DNA from: Clostridioides phage phiCD418
Length of the DNA stretch: 53,311 nucleotides
Sequence record: MW512573.1
Direction: 5' to 3' (one strand)
Below, piece after piece: positions 30,747 to 38,807 of the stretch. A program made the position numbers and the translations under genes. Below the pieces are notes generated by a model. That model made no database searches. It saw nothing but the letters and a program-made list of their open reading frames with translations, and was not told where the DNA came from. Position 1 is the first letter of the stretch. The number at the start of each line of letters is the position of its first letter.

Positions 30747-31055
30747 TTAGTTATTATGATAACTTAATCCTTCAATTATAAATCCTACATTCGTCGTCAT
30801 TTCTGCTTCATCACTTTGTAATATTCCTTGTGTAAATTTGCTGTCATTCGGTAATGATACTTTTTTTCTTGCAACTACTTCTATGATTGTTTGAAATAGT
30901 TTAATTTTCATATTCTTATCAAATCCAGCAAATTGCAGATAATTTGTTACTTCTTGTGAAAACTTATTTAATTCAGATTTAGTCATTTTTTCAGATAACT
31001 CTTTTCCAACTTGCAAATAAACTTTTTTAGATTGTTCAACATCCATTTTTTTCAA
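30747..31055 (-). CDS. Hypothetical protein (minus strand)
   Basis: 102 aa ORF with RBS on the minus strand. Transcribed divergently from the BlaI-like genes. Confidence 0.4.
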   Translation of the reverse strand: MKKMDVEQSKKVYLQVGKELSEKMTKSELNKFSQEVTNYLQFAGFDKNMKIKLFQTIIEVVARKKVSLPNDSKFTQGILQSDEAEMTTNVGFIIEGLSYHNN

Positions 31056-31481
31056 CCCCTTTTTAAGTTATAATTCAATTATATTTTAAAAATGTTAATA
31101 CTTCAAATATAAATATTTTTGTTTAAGTATAAAACATCAATAACATTACTCAACACACCTTAAAATCGATTTAAATAAGTCTTTTTAATAACATAAATTA
31201 TATGATATTTATATAAGTCTTAGTCCCTATAGCTTTGCGTCACTAAATTTCTCTAGTTTTGCCGATTTAGTTTTATTCTACAACTAAAATAATACACTAG
31301 AATTAGTTATTATTCAACAAGATTGTTTGAAAATTGAATAAATTTATAGATATGAAAGTTATTTTTCTTCTAAGAAAAAAACTAAAACAGTAAAATATAT
31401 GGTAAAACTTACCTCTAGTTTTTGTGTTAAAAAGCTCCTATTATTAATTTAAGTTAGACGAATTTAAGGAAGTGACATAAA

Positions 31482-31859
31482 TTGAAAGAAGAAATATTAA
31501 TAGAAAAATTATTAAGAGCAGAATTAATAGTAATGGAGTATTTATGGAAAAAGGACACTCTAATGCCTAAAAAAGAAATTGTAAAAGAAATAAAACAGAT
31601 TTATGGATGGCATAAAAGTACAATAAAAATACTACTAAAAAGGCTAATTGACAAAGGTTATTTGGCTAGGGATATTATAAAATTTCAATCTTATTATAAA
31701 ATAATAATAGATAATGAAGAATATTATGCTTTTAAGAAAAAGGTACTAAAATCTAGTAAAAGTAGAAAAATAATGCGTTCACTTACCACTACGCATAAAA
31801 ATGTAAGTAAAGAGAAGTTAGACTCATTAGAAGAGTACTATAAAAACTTAAAAGAATGA
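31482..31859 (+). CDS. BlaI/MecI/CopY-family winged-helix transcriptional repressor (paralogue 1)
   Basis: TTG start with RBS aaggaagtga. LLRAELIVMEYLWKK...KSTIKILLKRLIDKGYLAR matches the Penicillinase_R N-terminal domain pattern. C-terminal dimerisation-like helix. Confidence 0.65.
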   Translation: MKEEILIEKLLRAELIVMEYLWKKDTLMPKKEIVKEIKQIYGWHKSTIKILLKRLIDKGYLARDIIKFQSYYKIIIDNEEYYAFKKKVLKSSKSRKIMRSLTTTHKNVSKEKLDSLEEYYKNLKE

Positions 31860-31963
31860 TATGGTAAAAATTGGATGGAATTATTTACCTTAATTCTCTT
31901 GTTTGTAAAACTTTATTGATATAGAATTTAACATATACATAAATCGGTAAAGGGGTGTAGACT

Positions 31964-32347
31964 ATGAAAATTAGTAAATTACCAGAAGCGGAATTAAAAG
32001 TTATGAGATATATTTGGGAAGCTAACAAGGTATTAACTTCTAGGGAATTAGTTGCTGCAATGGAAGAAAAATATGAATGGAATGAATCAACGACATTTAC
32101 AGTTTTAAAAAGGTTAGAGCGAAGAGAATTTTTAAGCACAGAGAAAATAGGCAAACTTACACATTACAATATACTAGTAAAAGAGAAAAAATATCTAAGG
32201 TTTGAAACGAAAGAATTTTTGAAGAACATACATAAGAATTCAATTTCAAGTTTAATATCAGCGTTACATAGTAAAGATGATGAAGTGGATGAAGATAAAT
32301 TAATTGAACTCGAAGAACATTTTAAAAATTTAAAAGAGAAAGAATAA
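31964..32347 (+). CDS. BlaI/MecI/CopY-family winged-helix transcriptional repressor (paralogue 2)
   Basis: LPEAELKVMRYIWEANKVLTSRELVAAMEEKYEWNESTTFTVLKRLERREFLSTEKIGKLTHYNIL aligns along its length with S. aureus BlaI. No C-terminal Cys cluster, so not CopY-type. Confidence 0.8.
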   Translation: MKISKLPEAELKVMRYIWEANKVLTSRELVAAMEEKYEWNESTTFTVLKRLERREFLSTEKIGKLTHYNILVKEKKYLRFETKEFLKNIHKNSISSLISALHSKDDEVDEDKLIELEEHFKNLKEKE

Positions 32348-32361
32348 ATAAAGATTATTTT

Positions 32362-32391
32362 AGGTGGCAAATTATTTTTGCCACCTTTTTT
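32362..32391 (+). terminator. Rho-independent terminator (perfect 10-bp stem AGGTGGCAAA/TTTGCCACCT + T6)
   Basis: Hairpin 32362-32386 with loop TTATT, followed by TTTTTT. Directly after the second BlaI-like gene. Confidence 0.6.
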
Positions 32392-32392
32392 G

Positions 32393-32656
32393 CCACCATG
32401 ACAGTTTAATAAAATAAAATACAAATAAAGAAATATAAATAAAATAGAATAAAGAAATTGTTTTAGATAGGTTGTAAATAAATGTACTCATAAAAACATA
32501 AATAAATATAAATAAACATAAATAAAATATAAGAATTTCTGTGAGAAATACGACTTTTTTATATAAAATAGCAAAATAACAGTGTTTGAGCAAAAAAAAG
32601 AATGTTTTTTATCGTTTTGCCACCTGTTTGCCACCATAACTTTTTTCGGTGGCAAA
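32393..32656. other. Candidate attP region: AT-rich core flanked by four same-orientation TTTGCCACC motifs and a second GGTGGCAAA inverted repeat
   Basis: TTTGCCACC at 32377, 32389, 32606 and 32617. Inverted repeat TTTGCCACC/GGTGGCAAA at 32617-32646. CATAAATAAA direct repeats at 32496 and 32516. Immediately adjacent to the integrase 3' end. Confidence 0.4.
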
Positions 32657-33871
32657 TTATTGTAAAATGCCCTCCAAAATATCTATTGTTTCACTTTCCA
32701 TTTTACTTGTAACATGTGAATATGTGTCCATAGTGGTTGATAATTGACTATGACCTAATCTTTGTTGTATATATTTTACATTAGCTCCATTTTCTAATAA
32801 TAATGTGGCATGTGTATGTCGCAAGCAATGAAAATTAAAGTTAATATTTAGTTTCTTGTTAATAGTTCTTATAGCAGCGTCAATATTGTTGTGATTTACA
32901 AATGAGCCATCTTTTTTTCTACAAACCCAATCATACTCAGTTTCTTTATACCATTTTCCAATTTTAATTTTTTGTTTTTTTTGATTCAATTTTTCCTCTT
33001 TTAATATCCTAGACAAAGTATCACCTATTTTAATATCTCTTATTGATGTTTTTGTCTTAGGTGATGCTAATTCAAATTCTGAAACTTTTCTCTTTATTAA
33101 ATTTTTTCTAACTTTGATTATATTATTATCTAAATCAACATTATCCCAACAAAGACCTAATATTTCTCCTTTTCTCATGCCTGTATGAAACCCTATAAGT
33201 AGAGGAATATAGATATTTGTATTTTTAGGATATATTTCTAGTATTTTATTGAACTCATCTAGTGTTATAGTCTTGTTATCTGACTCATTTTTTACCTTTA
33301 AAACATTTTTTGGTATACTGGCATATTGAACAGGATTTTCCTTAATGAGTTTGTAAGGGTAAACAGCAGATTTTAAAGCAGCATTTAATACAACATAAAT
33401 CGCTTTTAAAACTCCTTTTGTGTAGTGTTTTTCTTCTCCGTTTTGTGTGTATGTCTCTTTTGATTTATTATTTAAAAATTCTTGAATAATAGCTGGATTT
33501 ATAGATTTTAGCTTACATTTACCAAGTCTAGGTTCTATATGATTTTCAATTAAATTTCTATAACTTTCCTGAGTATTGTATTTGCAATTAAGAAGTACAT
33601 ACTCTTTGTACCAAAAGTTAAGATAGTCTGATAAACTCATATTTGTTTCATCAAACACTATACCAGCATTTTCATATTCATTTATTGCATCACGGAGCGA
33701 TTTTTCAGCTTCTTTCTTAGTGTTTCCACCAACTCTTTCTACCTTTTTTCTCTTGCCATCTACTATACCTGCATCAAAGTAGTAATACCACTTCTTTCCA
33801 CGTTTTCTTACGCCGCCTTTCATAAAATCTCTCCTCTCAAAAGCTTTTTTTATGTAATTATATAATAACAT
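32657..33871 (-). CDS. int: Tyrosine integrase (phage integrase family)
   Basis: 404 aa. C-terminal catalytic motifs HCLRHTHATLLLENGANVKYIQQRLGHSQLSTTMDTYSHV (R...H-x-x-R...Y). Confidence 0.9.
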   Translation of the reverse strand: MLLYNYIKKAFERRDFMKGGVRKRGKKWYYYFDAGIVDGKRKKVERVGGNTKKEAEKSLRDAINEYENAGIVFDETNMSLSDYLNFWYKEYVLLNCKYNTQESYRNLIENHIEPRLGKCKLKSINPAIIQEFLNNKSKETYTQNGEEKHYTKGVLKAIYVVLNAALKSAVYPYKLIKENPVQYASIPKNVLKVKNESDNKTITLDEFNKILEIYPKNTNIYIPLLIGFHTGMRKGEILGLCWDNVDLDNNIIKVRKNLIKRKVSEFELASPKTKTSIRDIKIGDTLSRILKEEKLNQKKQKIKIGKWYKETEYDWVCRKKDGSFVNHNNIDAAIRTINKKLNINFNFHCLRHTHATLLLENGANVKYIQQRLGHSQLSTTMDTYSHVTSKMESETIDILEGILQ

Positions 33872-33960
33872 ATATCAATTTAAATAAAATAAATAAAAAA
33901 GACTATAAGAAACAAAGTTTTATGTTTATAATTAATAGTCTTTTTTATTTAGATACATAT

Positions 33961-34176
33961 TTAATGTTTTTTATCACGTGATTCCAGCACTTTTTCTGCC
34001 AAATAAACAACTATTTTTTCATACTCAATATCAGTTTCTAAAGAAAAGTCAACAATAGCAGGTATCGTCATATCTCCTGCATATTTATTACCTAACCAAT
34101 TTTCAATTAATTCCAATTCTTCTTTGCTTAATTCAAATTTTTTCTTTTTATTAAAACTTAAGTTCAATTTATTCAC
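33961..34176 (-). CDS. Hypothetical acidic protein (possible excision or regulatory role)
   Basis: 71 aa on the integrase strand, separated from int by an 8-bp-stem hairpin with flanking A/T runs (33905-33953). Confidence 0.3.
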   Translation of the reverse strand: MNKLNLSFNKKKKFELSKEELELIENWLGNKYAGDMTIPAIVDFSLETDIEYEKIVVYLAEKVLESRDKKH

Positions 34177-34225
34177 CTCAAATAATATTATATATTAAAA
34201 ATAGTATTTGATAGAAACATTCGAA

Positions 34226-34447
34226 TTATTTATGTAATTTTCTTTTTTTAATATATTCATCAGCAAAATAATTTACTAAATATTTTTCCTCCAATCCTAA
34301 AGCTATTTCTAATTCAATAAGAGCAGGGATAGTTAAATCTTTATTCTCATTATTTTCCAACCTAGAAATTTGACTTCTGTGGCAACCAACTCTTTTTGCT
34401 AACTCTATTTGTGTTAATTTCTTCTTTTTTCGTAACTCTTTTAACAT
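34226..34447 (-). CDS. XRE-family HTH protein
   Basis: KLTQIELAKRVGCHRSQISRLENNE is a classic Cro/C1-type helix-turn-helix. Confidence 0.55.
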   Translation of the reverse strand: MLKELRKKKKLTQIELAKRVGCHRSQISRLENNENKDLTIPALIELEIALGLEEKYLVNYFADEYIKKRKLHK

Positions 34448-34904
34448 ATATTTAACCTACCTTTTAGATAATTTTATATATGTTAGTTTGTGTAATTTCT
34501 TGTAATAAATGTGCAATATTCGCACACTTTTTGTTGGAAATTTGTGCTAGAATGTAGTTAAGAAATAACTTTATCTAGATAAAGCAAAAATAATAGAAGC
34601 TATAAAATATAATAATATTTTACAGTTATTTTATAGTTTTAAGCTTTGAAAAAGAGGTGGTTGTAACTATTTTTAAGAACGTATGTTTCGTGGAATTAAT
34701 AAATAAAATATTTTATAGGGGATGATATATTTGAATAAGACGAAATATTATGATATTTTAAAGTTAAACTTATTAATGAAAAAGTTGAAAGAATTGGATA
34801 AAAATAAAATCAATGAATATAAAATAAAAGTGAAAGAAATACATAAAATCAATAAAAAAGAGGAATGATTCCTCTTTTTTATTATATTCATTTTCAGAAA
34901 TAAA

Positions 34905-35309
34905 CTATTTTTTATTTTTTTCGTCTAGTAAAAATAATTCTGCAACTTTTAATGCTTTTTCTCTTGCGTCTGGGCTTAGCTCGCTAAATATATTAAAAAC
35001 TTCTTTCATATCTTCGTCAAGATACATATTCTCAATAAGCTCCTTTTCTGTTTTAAAATTTTCAGCATCATAATCTTTTTCGTTTTTATTTATAAATAAG
35101 CTATTTCTAACATCAGTTCTTCCTAATAAATAATCTGTAGACACATCAAAATAGTTTGCATATTCTTCTATTGTACTTTTCTTAGGTTCTCTTAAACCAT
35201 TTTCTATCCTTGATAGTGTAGATTTGTTTATATGTAAATCCTCGCTTAATTTGTCTAGCGAGATGCCTTTTTCTTCTCTCAATTCTTTTATCCTATTCAA
35301 TTTGCACAA
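34905..35309 (-). CDS. CI-like repressor (XRE HTH)
   Basis: 134 aa. ISLDKLSEDLHINKSTLSRIENGLREP HTH. Divergent from the cro-like gene across an operator-rich 170-bp region. Confidence 0.7.
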   Translation of the reverse strand: MCKLNRIKELREEKGISLDKLSEDLHINKSTLSRIENGLREPKKSTIEEYANYFDVSTDYLLGRTDVRNSLFINKNEKDYDAENFKTEKELIENMYLDEDMKEVFNIFSELSPDAREKALKVAELFLLDEKNKK

Positions 35310-35406
35310 CCCCTTTTTATATTAATTCCAAAATAGCAACTTTTATTTATATTATAGCAACAAAATTAATTATTACAATTTTTTTTGCTAAAAAAGCAAC
35401 AAAAGT

Positions 35407-35435
35407 ATTGACTATAATCACAAAACTTGATATTA
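35407..35435 (+). promoter_or_regulatory. PR-like promoter (TTGACT-17-TATTAT) within an operator repeat field
   Basis: -35 at 35407-35412, -10 at 35430-35435. Flanked by repeated AAAATAGCAAC-type motifs (35330, 35354, 35392, 35453; also inside the cro 3' end). Confidence 0.45.
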
Positions 35436-35478
35436 TATAAATATGAAGTTGCCAAAATAGCAAAAAGGAAGTGATTTA

Positions 35479-35712
35479 ATGTACTTAAATAGATTAGAAG
35501 GATTGATGAAGGAAAATAGACACACCCAAAAAAATGTGGCAGATATATTAGGTCTTAGCTCATATGGTTTTAGATTAAAATTAAAAGGAAAAAACGAATT
35601 TAAAGCAAGTGAAATAAAAAAGATATCTAAATTATATAATGTATCTGCGGATTATTTTTTTTCAGATGAAGTTGCTAAAATAGCAATAAAAGAAGAAAGG
35701 GGCAATAAATAA
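35479..35712 (+). CDS. Cro-like regulator (XRE HTH)
   Basis: 77 aa. TQKNVADILGLSSYGFRLKLKG HTH. Divergent from the cI-like gene. Confidence 0.6.
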   Translation: MYLNRLEGLMKENRHTQKNVADILGLSSYGFRLKLKGKNEFKASEIKKISKLYNVSADYFFSDEVAKIAIKEERGNK

Positions 35713-36464
35713 TGAAGAATCTAACCATAATCAAGCAAAATAATCAATTTTTAGTTGAAAGTAGAGAAGTAGCAGAATTAATAGAAAAGAAGCACGATAA
35801 TTTATTAAGAGATATAAGAGGATACAAGAAGATTTTAGAGGACTCATCAAATTTGAAGAGTCAAGATTTCTTCATAGAAAGTACTTATATAAATACTCAA
35901 AATAAAATTCAACCTTGCTACTTATTAACTAAAAAAGGTTGTGACATGGTAGCTAATAAAATGACAGGTGAAAAGGGAATTATATTTACAGCGATTTATG
36001 TAACTAAGTTTGAAGAAATGGAGCGAGAGTTAAAAGAACAACAACCTAAATTACCAACTACATATAAAGAAGCACTGCAACAGTTATTAATCGAAGTTGA
36101 AGAAAAAGAGCAATTACAATTAGAAAATCAAGTAATGAAACCAAAAGCAGATTACTTTGATGCTCTAGTAGAAAGAAACTTGCTAACTAATATAAGAGAT
36201 ACAGCAAAAGAACTTGGAGTCAAAGAAAAAACATTTGTTTTATGGTTAATAGAGAAGAAATATTGTTACAGAGATTTAAAAGGCAAAATAAAACCTTACT
36301 CTAACAAGATGCAGTATTTTGAACTGAAAGAATTTACAACACCATACGGACATTCAGATACTCAAACATTAATAAATCCAAAAGGAAGAGAAGCATTTAG
36401 ATTATTACTTATAAAGGATGGACTGGTAAAAGAAAAAGAATATCAAATAACTTTATTAGGCTAA
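35712..36464 (+). CDS. Phage regulatory protein Rha / antirepressor (KilAC-type C-terminus)
   Basis: N-terminal IIKQNNQFLVESREVAELIEKKHDNLLRDIRGY matches the Rha/ORF6N family start. ATGA-coupled to cro. Confidence 0.55.
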   Translation: MKNLTIIKQNNQFLVESREVAELIEKKHDNLLRDIRGYKKILEDSSNLKSQDFFIESTYINTQNKIQPCYLLTKKGCDMVANKMTGEKGIIFTAIYVTKFEEMERELKEQQPKLPTTYKEALQQLLIEVEEKEQLQLENQVMKPKADYFDALVERNLLTNIRDTAKELGVKEKTFVLWLIEKKYCYRDLKGKIKPYSNKMQYFELKEFTTPYGHSDTQTLINPKGREAFRLLLIKDGLVKEKEYQITLLG

Positions 36465-36508
36465 AATTGAAAGTACTTTGAAAATTAAAGATTATGGAGG
36501 TAGTTACA

Positions 36509-36763
36509 ATGAGCGAAGACATATTTTATGGTATAAAAAATACTCTTGATGAAATAGCAGAGGTTCAAATTAAAAATAAACAAGGTGTGTTAAAAGAAGT
36601 TGGAATGTTAATAAGTGGTGAGGACAATTCTTGTATAACGCATTGTTTAGATGAAGATTTAATTAAGTTTTACATAAAAGAAGAGGCAGTATTGACAATA
36701 GATAAAGATAGTCATTTGTTATGTATGCTTGATGCTCTATTTTATAACTTTCTTGATAAATAA
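36509..36763 (+). CDS. Hypothetical protein
   Basis: ATG at 36509 with RBS atggaggtag. 84 aa. Confidence 0.35.
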   Translation: MSEDIFYGIKNTLDEIAEVQIKNKQGVLKEVGMLISGEDNSCITHCLDEDLIKFYIKEEAVLTIDKDSHLLCMLDALFYNFLDK

Positions 36764-36784
36764 TAAATACAGAATATTCTTGAA

Positions 36785-37234
36785 ATGGTGGTGAAGAAAT
36801 TGGGTAATATATCTAACTTTAATTTAGATAAACAAGAAGATAAAAGTTTTAATGACCTGGATAATATATCAATTTGTTTTTCAGAAGGTATTCGTAAAGT
36901 TGTAGAAATGAATTTAAACAACTATAAAAATAAAATCTCAAAATACTTAAATGAAACTTCGAAAATAGAATTGTTGGAACCAAAAGAATTAACAATTGTT
37001 ATAAGTAAAGGTTATCCCGATTATCTTATGTCTGTTGAAGAAGCAAGTAAAAGATTGAAAATAGATAAAGTATTTGGATATGAGTTAATAAAAAATGGAC
37101 TTTTGAAGTCAGTTGATATAGGGGCAACTAAAGTTTCTAGTTATGAATTAGATGATTTTATAACTAGGAATCAAGGAAAAAACATCAAAGAAATGCTTAG
37201 AGAAATGAAAGAACTTAGAGAGGGGGTGATTTAA
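36785..37234 (+). CDS. Hypothetical protein
   Basis: 149 aa ORF. Confidence 0.35.
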   Translation: MVVKKLGNISNFNLDKQEDKSFNDLDNISICFSEGIRKVVEMNLNNYKNKISKYLNETSKIELLEPKELTIVISKGYPDYLMSVEEASKRLKIDKVFGYELIKNGLLKSVDIGATKVSSYELDDFITRNQGKNIKEMLREMKELREGVI

Positions 37235-37361
37235 TTGGAACTAGTAACATACAGAAACAAGCTTGTTTTACTAAAAGATGGAGAAAAGATTGCAACTATA
37301 AGTTTAAAAAGGAAATTTCTCAGCAACAGACTTAAATTAAAAATAAGATAGGAGAGATAAA

Positions 37362-37550
37362 TTGAAAATAATTTATAAAAACAAAGTTTACAAAGTAGAA
37401 CAAGACAAAAAGTTATTTAGAATTACATACTATGATGAGCAGAGAGGTAGTAAGAAGTTTAATAAAGAGAAGAAAGTAAAAAGAAGTGTTTTAACAAGAG
37501 ATATAGAGTTAGTTAACTTGTATTTACCAGCACATTTAAAAATAAAATAA
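37362..37550 (+). CDS. Hypothetical small protein
   Basis: TTG start after RBS aggagag. 62 aa, basic. Confidence 0.3.
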   Translation: MKIIYKNKVYKVEQDKKLFRITYYDEQRGSKKFNKEKKVKRSVLTRDIELVNLYLPAHLKIK

Positions 37551-37581
37551 GCTATAAATAATTAAAGAAAAAGGTGATTAG

Positions 37582-37725
37582 ATGGAAATAGAACAAGCAA
37601 CAATACGCCTGCCTAGAGAACTTAAAGACAAGCTTCTAAAACAGGCAAAAGTTAAAGGATATACATTAAAAGATATGATAGTTTTTATTCTAAAGGATTA
37701 TCTTCAAAATATTTCTCAAGAATAA
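37582..37725 (+). CDS. Ribbon-helix-helix (Arc/CopG-like) small DNA-binding protein
   Basis: 47 aa MEIEQATIRLPRELKDKLLKQAKVKGYTLKDMIVFILKDYL: strand ATIRLPREL followed by two helices. RBS aaaggtga. Not in the ORF track (<60 aa). Confidence 0.45.
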   Translation: MEIEQATIRLPRELKDKLLKQAKVKGYTLKDMIVFILKDYLQNISQE

Positions 37726-37855
37726 ATTCAATTTCTCTACCTATAGAACGCTTATCTTTTTGAGCAAGTTGTTCGATTTTCTCAAAAAGAAGTTTATTAA
37801 TTCTTAGTGTAAATCTTTTATCCTCTTCACGAGTATAAATATCTTTATTAGACAT
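37685..37855 (-). CDS. Ribbon-helix-helix small DNA-binding protein (convergent, 3'-overlapping the + strand RHH gene)
   Basis: 56 aa MSNKDIYTREEDKRFTLRINKLLFEKIEQLAQKDKRSIGREIEFILEKY...: RHH pattern. Minus-strand RBS gaggaa 8 nt upstream. Overlaps the 37582-37725 gene by 41 nt. Confidence 0.4.
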   Translation of the reverse strand: MSNKDIYTREEDKRFTLRINKLLFEKIEQLAQKDKRSIGREIEFILEKYFEDNPLE

Positions 37856-37877
37856 ATTTATCATTCCTCACATAAAA

Positions 37878-38008
37878 TTTGACGTCTTTATGACACTTTA
37901 ATAATAAAATAATATAAAAGAAAAGTCAACAAAAATGCTTGACGTCAAATATATGACATGGTATTATTAAAACAAGAAGGGAGTTGACGTCAAATATATG
38001 ACAAATGA
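37878..38008 (+). promoter_or_regulatory. Operator/promoter cluster: three TTGACGTC(A) sites (two as identical 20-mers TTGACGTCAAATATATGACA) with embedded TTGACG-17-TATTAT promoter
   Basis: Sites at 37880, 37939 and 37984. Palindromic core TGACGTCA. -35 TTGACG 37939-37944 and -10 TATTAT 37962-37967. The third site overlaps the start codon of the RHH gene at 37998. Confidence 0.5.
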
Positions 38009-38156
38009 AAGAGTTAGATTTACATTTAGATTACCAGCACCATTGCTTGAAAAAATTAAAAATAGAGCATCAATAGAAGGTAGTTCAATGAACTCACTTA
38101 TATTACACATACTTTGGGATTACATAAAAGAAATAGAAAATAAGGAGGTCAAATAA
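37998..38156 (+). CDS. Ribbon-helix-helix small DNA-binding protein
   Basis: 52 aa MTNERVRFTFRLPAPLLEKIKNRASIEGSSMNSLILHILWDYI: RHH strand-helix-helix. Stop overlaps the next ATG (TAATG). Confidence 0.5.
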   Translation: MTNERVRFTFRLPAPLLEKIKNRASIEGSSMNSLILHILWDYIKEIENKEVK

Positions 38157-38383
38157 TGGTTGAATTGGTAAAAGAATTTGATTTACAAACAATTAAAGTA
38201 GGAAATGCAGTAAAAGTAAATTGCAAAAGATTTGGTTTTGAAATTGATTGTATAGTAGTAGTAGCAACAGAAAAAGAATTAAATTTAGCATACTTTGATG
38301 AAGGTAGAGGCTGTATGGAGTATCAAGCCTTAATAACAGAAGATATTCAAGATGGTGATTATGAGATTAAAATTTTATCTTAG
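38156..38383 (+). CDS. Hypothetical small acidic protein
   Basis: 75 aa, translationally coupled to the RHH gene. Confidence 0.4.
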   Translation: MVELVKEFDLQTIKVGNAVKVNCKRFGFEIDCIVVVATEKELNLAYFDEGRGCMEYQALITEDIQDGDYEIKILS

Positions 38384-38481
38384 GAGGAAATAAAATGGCA
38401 GCTTTAATAATGGTAGGTTTATTTGCAATATGTTTAGTAGGATTAGTACAAAATAGAGATTAAGTGAAGGGGTGTATTTAG

Positions 38482-38724
38482 ATGGAAGCAGCTAGATTAA
38501 TAGCAATGGGTCAAATTAAACAGGCTGAAAAAGAAATAAGTAAATTGCAAGGTACAAAAAACAATAGTAGTTTAATGTGGTGGGAAGCCGTAAAATTTGC
38601 TAGTCAAAATATATTACAAGGGTTGGAACATGATATAGAGCTAGAAGCATCAACTGATTTCAGGGAGTTTATGATAACACAAGAAGAACTTGAAAGAGAT
38701 AGACCTATAGATGTGCAGATATAA
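38482..38724 (+). CDS. Hypothetical small protein
   Basis: 80 aa. Preceded by a 22-codon hydrophobic mini-ORF (38395-38463). Confidence 0.4.
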   Translation: MEAARLIAMGQIKQAEKEISKLQGTKNNSSLMWWEAVKFASQNILQGLEHDIELEASTDFREFMITQEELERDRPIDVQI

Positions 38725-38807
38725 GAAAAGAGCCTAGGGTGAGGCTCAATTCAAATAAATATTAAAAAATTTAATTAAGCTAATTATAGCATAAACGGAG
38801 GGAAATT

